This document shows positions 48,530-58,180 of a stretch of DNA of 64,000 nucleotides, one piece after another; within the stretch, counting starts at the first letter, position 1, and each line of letters opens with the position of its first letter. Origin of the DNA: OCS155 cluster bacterium AG-426-D23 (GTDB lineage: Bacteria; Actinomycetota; Acidimicrobiia; Actinomarinales; Actinomarinaceae); the NCBI GenBank assembly GCA_003213165.1, contig QCNO01000003.1, positions 21,009 through 85,008 on the forward strand, written 5' to 3'. Both the position numbers and the translations under genes were made by a program. The notes under the pieces are model-generated. The model was not told the DNA's origin and ran no database searches. It worked only from the letters and a program-made list of their open reading frames with translations.

Positions 48530-49071
48530 AAAGAATTAATTAAGTCTAAGTCTTCTTCTGCAATAATTCCATATCCTCGTGTGAGAATGTTGCTAGTGTC
48601 TTTTTCGATCAAAAACCAATATATTGTTTCATTAGAAGGTATATTTAAATTCTCTAAAAACTGATCTAGGTCAACGTAAGCAGTGATTGTTCTATCTCTT
48701 ATTCTGTCATCTCTAATTCCTGCCCGCATTATTCCATCTAAATAGACTTCAAATAATTTTGAACTCTTTTGTACAGTTGGAACCTCAATAATGTTATGTG
48801 TGTCACCAAATCCACTATTTTCCAGCAAAGATATTGATTCATCTACTAAAGGTTGATGCCATTGTTGAAACGCAACAATAATAATTAGATTTTTATCGAC
48901 AAAATCATCTGGTACAACTTTGTCTCTTTTGTTTAAATCTCTTCCATTTATCTCTGGAAACTCTCCATATTCAACAGTCACCTCATTCTCCTGTTCTGCC
49001 TGACAACTTACAGAAAAAAATAAAATTAATACAAGAAAGCTAGTCTTGAACCGGACCAAGGACTGCCTCAA
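48526..49071 (-). CDS. Hypothetical exported protein/lipoprotein
   Basis: 181-aa ORF (TTG start) with an N-terminal signal-like segment ending FFSVSC; no recognised family. Confidence 0.55.
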   Translation of the reverse strand: MRQSLVRFKTSFLVLILFFSVSCQAEQENEVTVEYGEFPEINGRDLNKRDKVVPDDFVDKNLIIIVAFQQWHQPLVDESISLLENSGFGDTHNIIEVPTVQKSSKLFEVYLDGIMRAGIRDDRIRDRTITAYVDLDQFLENLNIPSNETIYWFLIEKDTSNILTRGYGIIAEEDLDLINSF

Positions 49072-49477
49072 GATTTTTAATTTGTTTATCCATTAATTTG
49101 TTAAAAATAGGTCCTATAAAGACTCCCAATACAAAAAAAGGAAAATTGTATTTAATATCTACAGAATAAGTAACTTCAGTGCCTCTTGAATTTGCTGACA
49201 AAAAAATAGTGTCAACAATTGTAAATATAGAAGCGCTTGCTTGTAAAGAGACTCTTAAAGGCGGGCCCCATTCAATAATCTCATAGTTGTATTCTCTTGG
49301 CTTATTATTAAAATGTGTTTTTACTTTGAAGACTGAGCCTTGTCTTAAAGGTTCTTTTGTAATAAGTTCACCTTCGTCGCCTTCAGCCCATTTTTCTAAA
49401 TTTCTAAAATCTGATAAAAAACCAAAAGCTGAATCAATATCAGTATTGACTGTTACTGTTCTTGAAAAATTTGGCAT
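49040..49477 (-). CDS. SRPBCC (START/polyketide-cyclase-like) family protein
   Basis: 145-aa ORF with N-terminus ...SRTVTVNTDIDSAFGFLSDFRNLEKW..., typical of SRPBCC proteins. Confidence 0.72.
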   Translation of the reverse strand: MPNFSRTVTVNTDIDSAFGFLSDFRNLEKWAEGDEGELITKEPLRQGSVFKVKTHFNNKPREYNYEIIEWGPPLRVSLQASASIFTIVDTIFLSANSRGTEVTYSVDIKYNFPFFVLGVFIGPIFNKLMDKQIKNLEAVLGPVQD

Positions 49478-49517
49478 ACGTTTATATTAAGTTGTTTAAA
49501 TTTTTGTAGGAAATTGT

Positions 49518-50342
49518 TTATCTAAGATTTAAAGATCTATTTCTGAATCCTATAAATCCTATTGCCAAAAATATTGCTATTTTACCAATGACGAGTAACA
49601 AGTCTTCAGCAAATAATCCATCTTGATAAGGGTTACCATATGCTCCAAAAGATGAAAGATTATCATCAAACCACTGAAAGAAATCATTTGTTCCAGCTAG
49701 TGAGTTAGTTAAATATTCAAATGCCATTAAACCTCCACCAAAAGCCCAAGCCATTGAAGATTTTCCAGTAAATGCTCCGAGCGCAAACCCAAGAGCACCA
49801 TAGGTAACTCCAGCCAAAGCGGCTTGAAGTGTTGCTTTCATAAGTGGAACATAATCAAGTGTTTGACTTAGTTCCATGGTTGCAATTGGAATAAACATTA
49901 TATTTGTCCAAGCAAAAGTTACAAATAAACCAAATAAGACAGCAAGAATTGATTGTGTTAAGTACACAGAAGTTCTTGTCATTGGTAGAGCAGCAACAAA
50001 TTCGAAAGTTCCGTCTTCCTCTGCTTTTGAACCTAATTTATTTAAAAGAATTATTGTGGCTGTGCCAATTAGAAGAGGAACAAAAGGAACTAAAAAATAT
50101 GTAGTTACCATTCCTTCTAATGTAAATACATTATCCCAATCCTTAATTCCCAATAAATTCATCACTGTATCATTTTCTGACATTCCTCTAAAAGCTTCTC
50201 TTTGTGTGTCAATAAGCAAACTTTCTACACTTGAATTTGCAAAAGCTAGTGGAAGTATTAATAAGTAAACTCCTCCAGAAATTGCCCAATTTAAAATAAA
50301 TTTTCTTGGAACTGTAATCATATATTTGAAATAGTTAAACAT
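49518..50342 (-). CDS. ABC-2-type exporter permease
   Basis: 274-aa, ~6-TM ORF whose start overlaps the ATPase stop (ATGTT/TAA junction at 50342). Confidence 0.75.
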   Translation of the reverse strand: MFNYFKYMITVPRKFILNWAISGGVYLLILPLAFANSSVESLLIDTQREAFRGMSENDTVMNLLGIKDWDNVFTLEGMVTTYFLVPFVPLLIGTATIILLNKLGSKAEEDGTFEFVAALPMTRTSVYLTQSILAVLFGLFVTFAWTNIMFIPIATMELSQTLDYVPLMKATLQAALAGVTYGALGFALGAFTGKSSMAWAFGGGLMAFEYLTNSLAGTNDFFQWFDDNLSSFGAYGNPYQDGLFAEDLLLVIGKIAIFLAIGFIGFRNRSLNLR

Positions 50343-51055
50343 TATCCCTCTCTTCTATCATAGAATGTAAAAAAAGCATCTTCTAAATCTTGACCCTCTT
50401 CTTTTGCTTTATTTAAAAATGTCTCATATGTTTCATCATATACTTTTGCACCTTCTCTTAAAACAGCCATCGAGTCGGCAACTTTTTCAACCTCAGAAAT
50501 AATGTGTGATGATAAAAGTATTGCCGCGCCATCATTAGCAAACTCTTTTACAATTTCAAAAAACGTTCTTTGATGAAATGGGTCTAGACCTGAAGTTGGT
50601 TCATCTAAAATTAATGCCTTTGGCTTATGCAGTACAGCAAGTATCAAAGCGACTTTTTGCCTATTGCCTTTAGATAGCTCTTTAATGGTTTGATCAATCT
50701 CTAATTCAAACTTTTCTGCTAACTCCATAGCATAATCAGTTGATTGGCCTCTCATGTCTGCACCAAGTTTAAATAGTGACTTAGAGTTTAAATTTTGTGG
50801 AAGTTGAGGATCTCCTGGTAAATATCCTATTATTTTTTTTGCCTCAACAGGGTTTTCAATTGTATTAATTCCCTCGACTGAGAGTGTGCCTTCAGAAGGA
50901 ATTAAAAATCCCATAAGACTTCTCATTGTTGTAGATTTTCCAGCCCCATTAGGACCAAGAAGCCCTTTAACCTCGCCATTATCAACAGAGATATTGATAT
51001 CTCCAACACCTTTTCCATTTTTGTATCTCATAGTGAGATTTTTAATTTCTATCAT
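50342..51055 (-). CDS. ABC-2-type exporter ATP-binding protein
   Basis: Walker A GPNGAGKST, signature LSKGNRQKVAL, Walker B LILDEPTSGLD. The start is placed at the ATG at 51055 (MIEIKNLTMRY), not the tracked upstream TTG at 51073. Confidence 0.9.
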   Translation of the reverse strand: MIEIKNLTMRYKNGKGVGDINISVDNGEVKGLLGPNGAGKSTTMRSLMGFLIPSEGTLSVEGINTIENPVEAKKIIGYLPGDPQLPQNLNSKSLFKLGADMRGQSTDYAMELAEKFELEIDQTIKELSKGNRQKVALILAVLHKPKALILDEPTSGLDPFHQRTFFEIVKEFANDGAAILLSSHIISEVEKVADSMAVLREGAKVYDETYETFLNKAKEEGQDLEDAFFTFYDRREG

Positions 51056-51060
51056 TATTC

Positions 51061-51076
51061 TTATTGTATACAATAA
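51061..51076. promoter_or_regulatory. Perfect 16-bp palindrome TTATTGTATACAATAA (candidate TetR operator)
   Basis: Self-complementary over all 16 positions. It lies 6 nt upstream of the ABC ATPase ATG, in the divergent region shared with the TetR-like gene. Confidence 0.4.
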
Positions 51077-51167
51077 AACTTATAAATTGACCTTACTATT
51101 TTCCGATTAATTTCGATAAGTTTAATTATAAAAAACTTATTTTTATGCTTATAGTAAATATTTAATC

Positions 51168-51730
51168 ATGGATAAAAGAAAAGTAATAGCTAAAATCGAT
51201 ATGAAGAAATTCATTATGAACTCCTTGAAGTTGGTGAAAAGCTATTAAACACCAAAAGACTTACCCAAATATCCCTAAATTCTATAAAAGAATACACAGA
51301 TATTTCTAAAACAACTATCTATGAACATTTTCATTCGTTTGAACAATTTTTATCTGATGTAATCAAGCATGTTTATAAAAAAAGGAGACAAAGCTATCTT
51401 GAAAAATTACAAGATAAACCAAAAGAAAATATAAAAACTATTTTTAAAGTTTGGACTGAATTTACTTACGAAAACTTTACCCTTGGAAGAAACATATATG
51501 CAGCTTATATACTTCTTGCTGGCAAATATAATTTTCAGCTGATGGGTGGTGTTTATAAAGATTTAGATTTGGAGTTAGAAAAGTTAGGATTTAGCGATAA
51601 AGAAAGAGAAGAGTTTATTGGAAAATTTTATTTCAGCATTGACGAGCTGATAATAGATTTGGAAAACGAAAATAAAAACAATATAAATTCAAAAATTAAT
51701 GACTTGATTTTATATCTGGATAATTACTAA
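51168..51730 (+). pseudogene. TetR-family regulator interrupted by a frameshift near codon 9 (or a homopolymer sequencing error)
   Basis: The ATG at 51168 opens MDKRKVIAK..., and this frame stops at 51246. The other frame reads NRYEEIHYELLEVGEKLLNTKRLTQISLNSIKEYTDISKTTIYEHFHSFEQFL... (a typical TetR HTH) through to 51730, but has no start codon before 51542. One extra A in the A4 run at 51192-51195 would join the two frames. Confidence 0.6.
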
Positions 51731-51738
51731 TTATTAAG

Positions 51739-51873
51739 CTATTCGTCTAAATTTTCATTTTTCTGTTTATTTCTTAACCAAGTTAAAAGTAAAGCCGGTA
51801 TTAAAAACATTAGCATTTCATCCCAACCACCTTGGTGTTGCAAGACTGGCGGAGGTATTATCTTAATAAGCAT
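51739..51873 (-). CDS. Candidate 44-aa single-TM protein coupled to nuoN (operon 2)
   Basis: Hand translation gives MLIKIIPPPVLQHQGGWDEMLMFLIPALLLTWLRNKQKNENLDE. The ATG begins 3 nt after the nuoN TAA (TAAATTATG). One hydrophobic helix with a basic C-terminal flank. Confidence 0.3.
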   Translation of the reverse strand: MLIKIIPPPVLQHQGGWDEMLMFLIPALLLTWLRNKQKNENLDE

Positions 51874-51876
51874 AAT

Positions 51877-53349
51877 TTATAGGTAGTTTTCTACCATCCA
51901 TCTTGTGATGTTCACAAGAGTATTTGGTAAAAGTCCAAAATAAATTGTTAAAGCAGCCATAAATCCCAGCAAGACTTTATCTGAGATACTAATTTTTATC
52001 TTTTCAATTGCATTATCACTTTTTTCAATAGCAGCTACCCAAATTGGTCTTAGATAGAAATAGAATCCTGCAACCGTCGTGAGCATTAAAACAGTAACTA
52101 TTAAATATTTCTCATATGACCATAAGTTAGTAATCAAAATAAATTTTGATACAAAACCGCTTGTTAATGGTAGCCCCGCTATACCAAGCATAAATACAGA
52201 AAAAGCAATCGTTAAAAATTTATTTTCTTTGAACAAACCTGATAGATTTGAAATTTTAAAATCTGAACTTAACTGTCCACTTATTATTGAAAACACCGTG
52301 AAGACTCCAATTAGTTGAATTATGTATGTTATCAAATAAAAAATGGATGCACTTATTCCATAGACACCAAAAGAAATCCCCGAAAGAATAAACCCAGACT
52401 GTATAACTCCACTGTATGCAATCAATCTTTTGATATCAGTCTGATTTGTAGCAAATAGTGCACCTGCTAAAACTGACAAAATTACAACTGCTGTAAAAAA
52501 TAAATCAAATTTATCGATAATAAATCGTAATGATATTGCAGAGAGCCTTGCTAGGACAATAAATGATGAAGCCTTTGCAACTGCAGCCATATATCCGACA
52601 TATCCTGTTGGAGAGCCTTGATAGACATCGGGTGCCCATGCTTGAAATGGTGCAGCGGCAACCTTAAATAAAAGTCCAACAATTATCATTATTAAACCAA
52701 TCAAGGTTGTTAATGGGATATTATTTGGTCCAATAAAATTAATCGCAATACTTGTTTCGTATACTCCACTTATAGATAAAGACACATATATAAGTGCAAC
52801 ACCATATATGAAAATACAAGAAGCTAAAGAACCTAAAAGGAAATACTTTAAAGATGCCTCATTGCTGAGTTGATCACCTCTATTTAAACCTGCTAATGCA
52901 TAAAGACTTATTGAACCGATTTCTAAACCTATAAATAACATTATGAAGTTTTCAGCATCCACCATTAGAAGAAACCCAGATGCAGACATCAAAACTAAAA
53001 TTAAAGCCTCTGTAGTTTTGTTATCAATCTCTTCTGAAGTTTTCCAAAAAGAATTAAACGTTAACAGTAGGATTAATCCTATTAGTACATTCCCAACCAA
53101 AGAAAATTCATCAACAAGAATTTTTTCAGAAAAATAAGAATTTACACCTTCCCTTGCAAATAGTCCAAATTTAAGAAAAATTGTAAATAACGTAATTAAA
53201 ATTCCAAAAAACGAAATGTACTTTTTAATATATACAGGCGTCGAGATTGTAATAGTACAAAAAAGTAACACCAGAGTTGTAAACACCAATGCAAGAGTTG
53301 GGCCAATTGCTAAAAAACTAAAGCTCAATATTTCTGAAATGCCGTTCAA
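51877..53349 (-). CDS. nuoN: NADH-quinone oxidoreductase subunit N (operon 2)
   Basis: 490-aa antiporter-like protein, last in the second nuo cluster (...AAPFQAWAPDVYQGSPT...). Confidence 0.92.
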   Translation of the reverse strand: MNGISEILSFSFLAIGPTLALVFTTLVLLFCTITISTPVYIKKYISFFGILITLFTIFLKFGLFAREGVNSYFSEKILVDEFSLVGNVLIGLILLLTFNSFWKTSEEIDNKTTEALILVLMSASGFLLMVDAENFIMLFIGLEIGSISLYALAGLNRGDQLSNEASLKYFLLGSLASCIFIYGVALIYVSLSISGVYETSIAINFIGPNNIPLTTLIGLIMIIVGLLFKVAAAPFQAWAPDVYQGSPTGYVGYMAAVAKASSFIVLARLSAISLRFIIDKFDLFFTAVVILSVLAGALFATNQTDIKRLIAYSGVIQSGFILSGISFGVYGISASIFYLITYIIQLIGVFTVFSIISGQLSSDFKISNLSGLFKENKFLTIAFSVFMLGIAGLPLTSGFVSKFILITNLWSYEKYLIVTVLMLTTVAGFYFYLRPIWVAAIEKSDNAIEKIKISISDKVLLGFMAALTIYFGLLPNTLVNITRWMVENYL

Positions 53350-54833
53350 TTTACATCCTTAAATAAGGCTATTGTTTCGCTTAAAAATCCCGCCTCCTGA
53401 ATGACAAAGCTTTCTATAAAACTTGGGTAAATCCCTATAAATAACATAAGTAACATAAGTGGAGCGATTGACAAAGTTTCTCTTATGTTTAAATCTTTCA
53501 AATTCTCATTTTTATCATTAGAAATGGGTCCTGTAAAAATTCTTTGATAAGCCCAAAGCATGTAAATAGCGGCTAGTACTACGCCAAACGCTGCGATTGA
53601 GGTCAAAACTTTGTAATGATCATAACTTCCCATAAGTATCATAAATTCACCAACAAACCCATTTAATCCTGGCAGTCCTATTGATGCAAAAGAGGTAAAT
53701 AAAAATATTGCCGCATATTTTGGCATTGTAATTTTAATCCCACCAAATGAACTTATGTTTCGTGTGTGTCTTCTTTCATATAGAAAGCCAACCAACATAA
53801 ATAGTGCACCTGATGTAATTCCATGATTTATCATTTGTATAATTGCACCTTCAATACTGAGATATCCTCCTGCAGAAATACCCAACATCACATATCCCAT
53901 GTGGCTCACAGATGAATATGCAATTAATTTTTTGATATCTATTTGAGCTATTGCAACTATTGCTCCGTAAATGATTCCAATCACAGATAGAACGGCAATT
54001 AAATTTTTGTATGTTATAAATCCTTCAGTAAAAAAAGGTATAGACACTCTTAAAATACCGTAGGCTCCCACCTTTAAAAGGACACCAGCCAATAAAATAC
54101 TACCTGCAGTTGGAGCTTCGACGTGAGCATCTGGCAACCAAGTATGAAGTGGAAATAAAGGTACTTTGATTAAAAAACCAAAAGTAAATAGTAGAAATAA
54201 AGTCCTAGATTGAGATGAGGAGAATTCAAGATTTGCCAGTGTATCAAAATCAAGTGCTAGAGCCCTATTAGTACCATAACTTATTACAGCCGTGTAAACC
54301 GTTCCAATAAAAATAAATACTGAACCAAAAACTGTATACAGAATAAATTTAATTGTTGCATATCTTCTATTTTCTCCGCCCCATATGCCCATTAAGAAAT
54401 ACATAGGAATTAACAATGCTTCAAAAAATATGAATAAAGAAATTAAATCACCACTTATGAAAACACCATTAACTGCAAAATGTAATGCAAGTAATGAACC
54501 AATAAATCCCTTACTCTCTGCATGTTCACTTCCAATAGACAAGAGAGAAACAAAAACCAACAATGAAGTCAACAAAAGTAATAACGTTGACATCCCAGAA
54601 ATACCAAGGCTTATTTCAAGTCCATAAGATTGAATCCACTGGTAATTGGAAAGTATTACAAATTTTGTTTTTCCAAAATCAGAGAATAATAAATAAAAAC
54701 ATTGTGTTAGAGTTATTAGAGAAAATATAATTCCAATTGGTCTAAAAATTTCTTTTCTAGAATTTGGAATAATAAAAATTAAAAAAGAACAAATAAGAGG
54801 AACAAATAGGAGAGAAATAATTATTGCGTTCAT
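53346..54833 (-). CDS. nuoM: NADH-quinone oxidoreductase subunit M (operon 2)
   Basis: 495-aa ORF with ...PLFPLHTWLPDAHVEAPTAGS... Confidence 0.93.
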   Translation of the reverse strand: MNAIIISLLFVPLICSFLIFIIPNSRKEIFRPIGIIFSLITLTQCFYLLFSDFGKTKFVILSNYQWIQSYGLEISLGISGMSTLLLLLTSLLVFVSLLSIGSEHAESKGFIGSLLALHFAVNGVFISGDLISLFIFFEALLIPMYFLMGIWGGENRRYATIKFILYTVFGSVFIFIGTVYTAVISYGTNRALALDFDTLANLEFSSSQSRTLFLLFTFGFLIKVPLFPLHTWLPDAHVEAPTAGSILLAGVLLKVGAYGILRVSIPFFTEGFITYKNLIAVLSVIGIIYGAIVAIAQIDIKKLIAYSSVSHMGYVMLGISAGGYLSIEGAIIQMINHGITSGALFMLVGFLYERRHTRNISSFGGIKITMPKYAAIFLFTSFASIGLPGLNGFVGEFMILMGSYDHYKVLTSIAAFGVVLAAIYMLWAYQRIFTGPISNDKNENLKDLNIRETLSIAPLMLLMLFIGIYPSFIESFVIQEAGFLSETIALFKDVN

Positions 54834-56731
54834 TGTGGCACCATAGGAGTGAAAATAAATAACCCAATCAGCAGAAGTAGAAACAATCCAAAATACACAA
54901 CATAACTTCTTACTAGACCTGTCTGTGTAGCCGATGCAACCTTTGAAGTTTTACCAAATGCATTTGAAACAAAATTAACAGAACCGTCAATAATGAGACC
55001 ATCGACTATTACAGCGACCTTTCTTGTAAAGTTTTTCATACCAGAAACAAAAATTGAATTACCAAAATTATTGATATAAAGAACGTTGAACGATAGATCT
55101 TTTACTAAATTAATCGGATATTCTAAATTAATTCTCTTAAAATTAATTTTTTTAAAAATTTCAAAAGAAAATATTAAATACGCTAATAGTAGTCCTGTGA
55201 AACCAGCACCAATTGATAAGATTGCAAGAATGATTAAAGTTGGACCCTCAGGTAAATGAGTTACCTTTACTCCTTCCAAAGAATAGTGAAGAACTTTTTC
55301 CACTCCGTGAAAAAAAGGTGTGTTAATAAATCCTATAAAAATTGAAAATAGACCAAGGACAATTAAAGGCCTGGTCATGGTTTTTGGAGCTTCAATTACA
55401 TCAGAATGATCGAAACCATTATCTTTTTCAAATATTAATAACCAATGTCTTCCCATGTAAAATGCTGTTAGCAAAGCTGCACTTAATCCGAGTGCCCAAA
55501 ATATGTAATACATACCACCATTTGCAAACACTGAAGCTAATATTTCATCCTTCGACCAAAAACCAGCAAGTGGAGGAATACCAGATATTGCAAGAGTCCC
55601 AATACCCATCATTGAGGCAGTTACAGGCATTTTCTTTCTCAATTTGCCCATTTTTCTTATATCTTGTTCATGGTGCATAGAGTGAATTACAGCACCTGCG
55701 CCTAAAAATAAAAGAGCTTTAAAAAATGCATGTGTTACGAGATGAAAAATTGCCGCTACGTACGCCCCAGCACCAATTGCGATAAACATAAAGCCAAGTT
55801 GAGAAATAGTTGAATAGGCTAAAACTTTTTTAATGTCATACTGGTTAATTGCTGAAAAAGCAGCGAGTAAAGCTGTTAAAAGTCCAACTAAGACTATCAC
55901 CATACCTGCAATTTTTGAATACTGTAGTATTGGTGAAATTCTAACAAGCATGAATACTCCAGCGGTCACCATTGTCGCTGCATGGATTAATGCACTCGCA
56001 GGAGTTGGTCCTTCCATTGCATCTGGTAACCAACTAAAAAGAGGAAACTGAGCAGATTTTCCAAACGCTCCAAGTAGTAAAAATAATGAAATAATAGTAA
56101 CCGTACTTTCTGGTACATCTGAAGCACTTTTTAAAACGGTGTAAAAATCGAATGTATTGAAAGTATTCAAAATGACCATTAGCCCTACTAGAAAGCCAAA
56201 ATCACCCACTCTGTTTAAAATGAAAGCCTTGTTTCCAGCTTTGGCAGCTGACGTCTTTTTTGACCAGAAGGAGATTAATAAATAAGAACTAAGACCAACC
56301 AGTTCCCATCCAAAAAACATTACTAAGAAATTTGAAGACATAACAAGTAAAAGCATTGAAAAAACAAAAAAGTTGAAGTAAATAAAATAATTATTATACT
56401 TTTCATCTTTCTCCATATAGGAAGTTGAGAAAAGTTGAATAACAAAGGATAGTCCAGTCACTAACAGAAGCATTATTCCAGAGAGACCATCAAGAGTAAA
56501 ACCTATTTTTATGTCTGGAGTATTTGTCCATTGAAAAATGCTGTAATCATTTGGCTGGAATTTATCAAGTACAAGTGTAATAAAGACAAAAGATGATATA
56601 GCAAAAGATAGTAAAGCACTATTTATTGTAAAAAAATTAGTTAAAGGTTCGTTGAATAAATTTTTGTTTAAAAATAAAAATAGAGCCGTTAATAATGGGA
56701 GGAAGATTGGAAGTAAAAACAGTAATTCCAA
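54830..56731 (-). CDS. nuoL: NADH-quinone oxidoreductase subunit L (operon 2)
   Basis: 633-aa ORF with ...KSAQFPLFSWLPDAMEGPTPASALIHAATMVTAGVF... Confidence 0.94.
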   Translation of the reverse strand: MELLFLLPIFLPLLTALFLFLNKNLFNEPLTNFFTINSALLSFAISSFVFITLVLDKFQPNDYSIFQWTNTPDIKIGFTLDGLSGIMLLLVTGLSFVIQLFSTSYMEKDEKYNNYFIYFNFFVFSMLLLVMSSNFLVMFFGWELVGLSSYLLISFWSKKTSAAKAGNKAFILNRVGDFGFLVGLMVILNTFNTFDFYTVLKSASDVPESTVTIISLFLLLGAFGKSAQFPLFSWLPDAMEGPTPASALIHAATMVTAGVFMLVRISPILQYSKIAGMVIVLVGLLTALLAAFSAINQYDIKKVLAYSTISQLGFMFIAIGAGAYVAAIFHLVTHAFFKALLFLGAGAVIHSMHHEQDIRKMGKLRKKMPVTASMMGIGTLAISGIPPLAGFWSKDEILASVFANGGMYYIFWALGLSAALLTAFYMGRHWLLIFEKDNGFDHSDVIEAPKTMTRPLIVLGLFSIFIGFINTPFFHGVEKVLHYSLEGVKVTHLPEGPTLIILAILSIGAGFTGLLLAYLIFSFEIFKKINFKRINLEYPINLVKDLSFNVLYINNFGNSIFVSGMKNFTRKVAVIVDGLIIDGSVNFVSNAFGKTSKVASATQTGLVRSYVVYFGLFLLLLIGLFIFTPMVPQ

Positions 56732-56732
56732 G

Positions 56733-57044
56733 CTATCCTCTTGACACGTTTAAAACATCGACAGATGCAGACGATTGTTTTCTAAATATCGAGACGATAA
56801 TTGCTAGTCCAACAACAACTTCGGCTGCAGCAACTACTAAGACAAAAAAAACGGCAATCTGACCATCAATTTGACCAAAATGCTTTGAAGCTGAAATAAA
56901 AGTTAAATTAACAGCATTCAACATAAGCTCAATACACATAAACATTATTAATGCATTTTTTCTTATCATCATTCCAAAAAAACCAATTGAAAAAAGAATT
57001 GCAGAAAGTGTCAAATACCAATCAGTAGTCACTTCAAGCATCAT
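56733..57044 (-). CDS. nuoK: NADH-quinone oxidoreductase subunit K (operon 2)
   Basis: The start is placed at the ATG at 57044 ([26 protein letters not shown]...), giving the usual ~100-aa 3-TM NuoK. The tracked ORF extends a further 54 nt into nuoJ. Confidence 0.9.
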   Translation of the reverse strand: MMLEVTTDWYLTLSAILFSIGFFGMMIRKNALIMFMCIELMLNAVNLTFISASKHFGQIDGQIAVFFVLVVAAAEVVVGLAIIVSIFRKQSSASVDVLNVSRG

Positions 57045-57561
57045 TTTTCTTCCTTTTAGAATCATATGCAAGAGCAATTGCAGCAGCAGTTGCGACAATT
57101 AATAAAATTGAAATTATTTCAAATGGAAAAATCCAAGCAGTAAACAACGTTCCTGCAACTAACTGTGGAGTTCCCTCTATTGCAAATTCAACTGCATCAA
57201 ACCATAAATCCCATTTAAATTCTGAATTAATTGCAACGTAGCTTAATAGTGAAATAAGAATTAAAAAAACTCCACTAACTAAAAAAGTCTGCCCCTTGAT
57301 AGATTCTGAACTTTGTTCTTTTTTATCAACTCCTATCATCATTATTACGAACAAGAATAATGTCATCACAGCACCTGCATATACAAGCATTTGTACCATT
57401 GCTACAAATGTTGCATTAAGGGTTATATAAATAATGGCAATAGATACAAGGGTCATAACAAGACCCATCGCATTGTGAACTGGATTCTTTGCAAAGACTA
57501 CTATGAGGGCTCCAATAATTATCAATGAAGCAGGAATAAAGAATAAAATTAAATCTACCAA
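57034..57561 (-). CDS. nuoJ: NADH-quinone oxidoreductase subunit J (operon 2)
   Basis: 175-aa hydrophobic protein with ...[18 protein letters not shown]..., in the I-J-K position. Confidence 0.9.
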   Translation of the reverse strand: MVDLILFFIPASLIIIGALIVVFAKNPVHNAMGLVMTLVSIAIIYITLNATFVAMVQMLVYAGAVMTLFLFVIMMIGVDKKEQSSESIKGQTFLVSGVFLILISLLSYVAINSEFKWDLWFDAVEFAIEGTPQLVAGTLFTAWIFPFEIISILLIVATAAAIALAYDSKRKKNDA

Positions 57562-57562
57562 G

Positions 57563-58177
57563 TTACTCTTCCTCTAAAAATTGGCCTTTCTCAGGATCTT
57601 TTTTTCCTACACCCAATGACCCAGACCAATTGATAACATTTTGAAAATTTGGATTACCATTTGAAGACGTTGCTCTCATCCATCCATCAGAAGTTTGTAG
57701 CTCTTCAAATCTTGTAAGTTTTGTTTGCTCTTCATGGGTATTTGGAGTTCCATCGTCATTCACAACTAAAACGGATTTATCAAAAATTGCTTCTGATCTA
57801 TTTGCCACACTCATTTCAAACAATGAGGTCATTGTTATTGCCTCTGTTGGGCAAGCTTCAACACAAAGCGCGCAGTAAATGCATCTGAGCATATTTATTT
57901 CGTAAATAAATCCATATCTCTCACCTGGGCTTACAGGTGCGTCTTCAGGGTTATCTTCACCCCTTACATAAATACATTGAGCTGGACATACCCCTGCACA
58001 CAATTCACAACCAATACATTTTTCCATTCCATCTTCATATCTATTTAGTACATGACGGCCATGAAATCTCTGTGGCTTTTCTCTAAATTCTTTTGGATAC
58101 TTATCAGTGACAGATTTTCTGAACAATTCTTTAAAAGTTACTTTTAATCCCTTAAATAATCCGAAACTTTCACTCAC
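57563..58177 (-). CDS. nuoI: NADH-quinone oxidoreductase subunit I (operon 2, long form)
   Basis: 204-aa ORF with CIGCELCAGVCP and CIYCALCVEACP, plus a ~50-aa C-terminal extension. Confidence 0.94.
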   Translation of the reverse strand: MSESFGLFKGLKVTFKELFRKSVTDKYPKEFREKPQRFHGRHVLNRYEDGMEKCIGCELCAGVCPAQCIYVRGEDNPEDAPVSPGERYGFIYEINMLRCIYCALCVEACPTEAITMTSLFEMSVANRSEAIFDKSVLVVNDDGTPNTHEEQTKLTRFEELQTSDGWMRATSSNGNPNFQNVINWSGSLGVGKKDPEKGQFLEEE

Positions 58178-58180
58178 AAT

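Noticed and set aside
51056-51073. TTG start for the ABC-2 ATPase at 51073
   Set aside because: The extra residues (MYTIRI) fall inside the 16-bp palindrome. The ATG at 51055 gives the usual distance to Walker A.
57045-57098. 18-codon N-terminal extension of nuoK (operon 2)
   Set aside because: It would overlap nuoJ by 65 nt. The ATG at 57044 yields the canonical ~100-aa three-helix NuoK.
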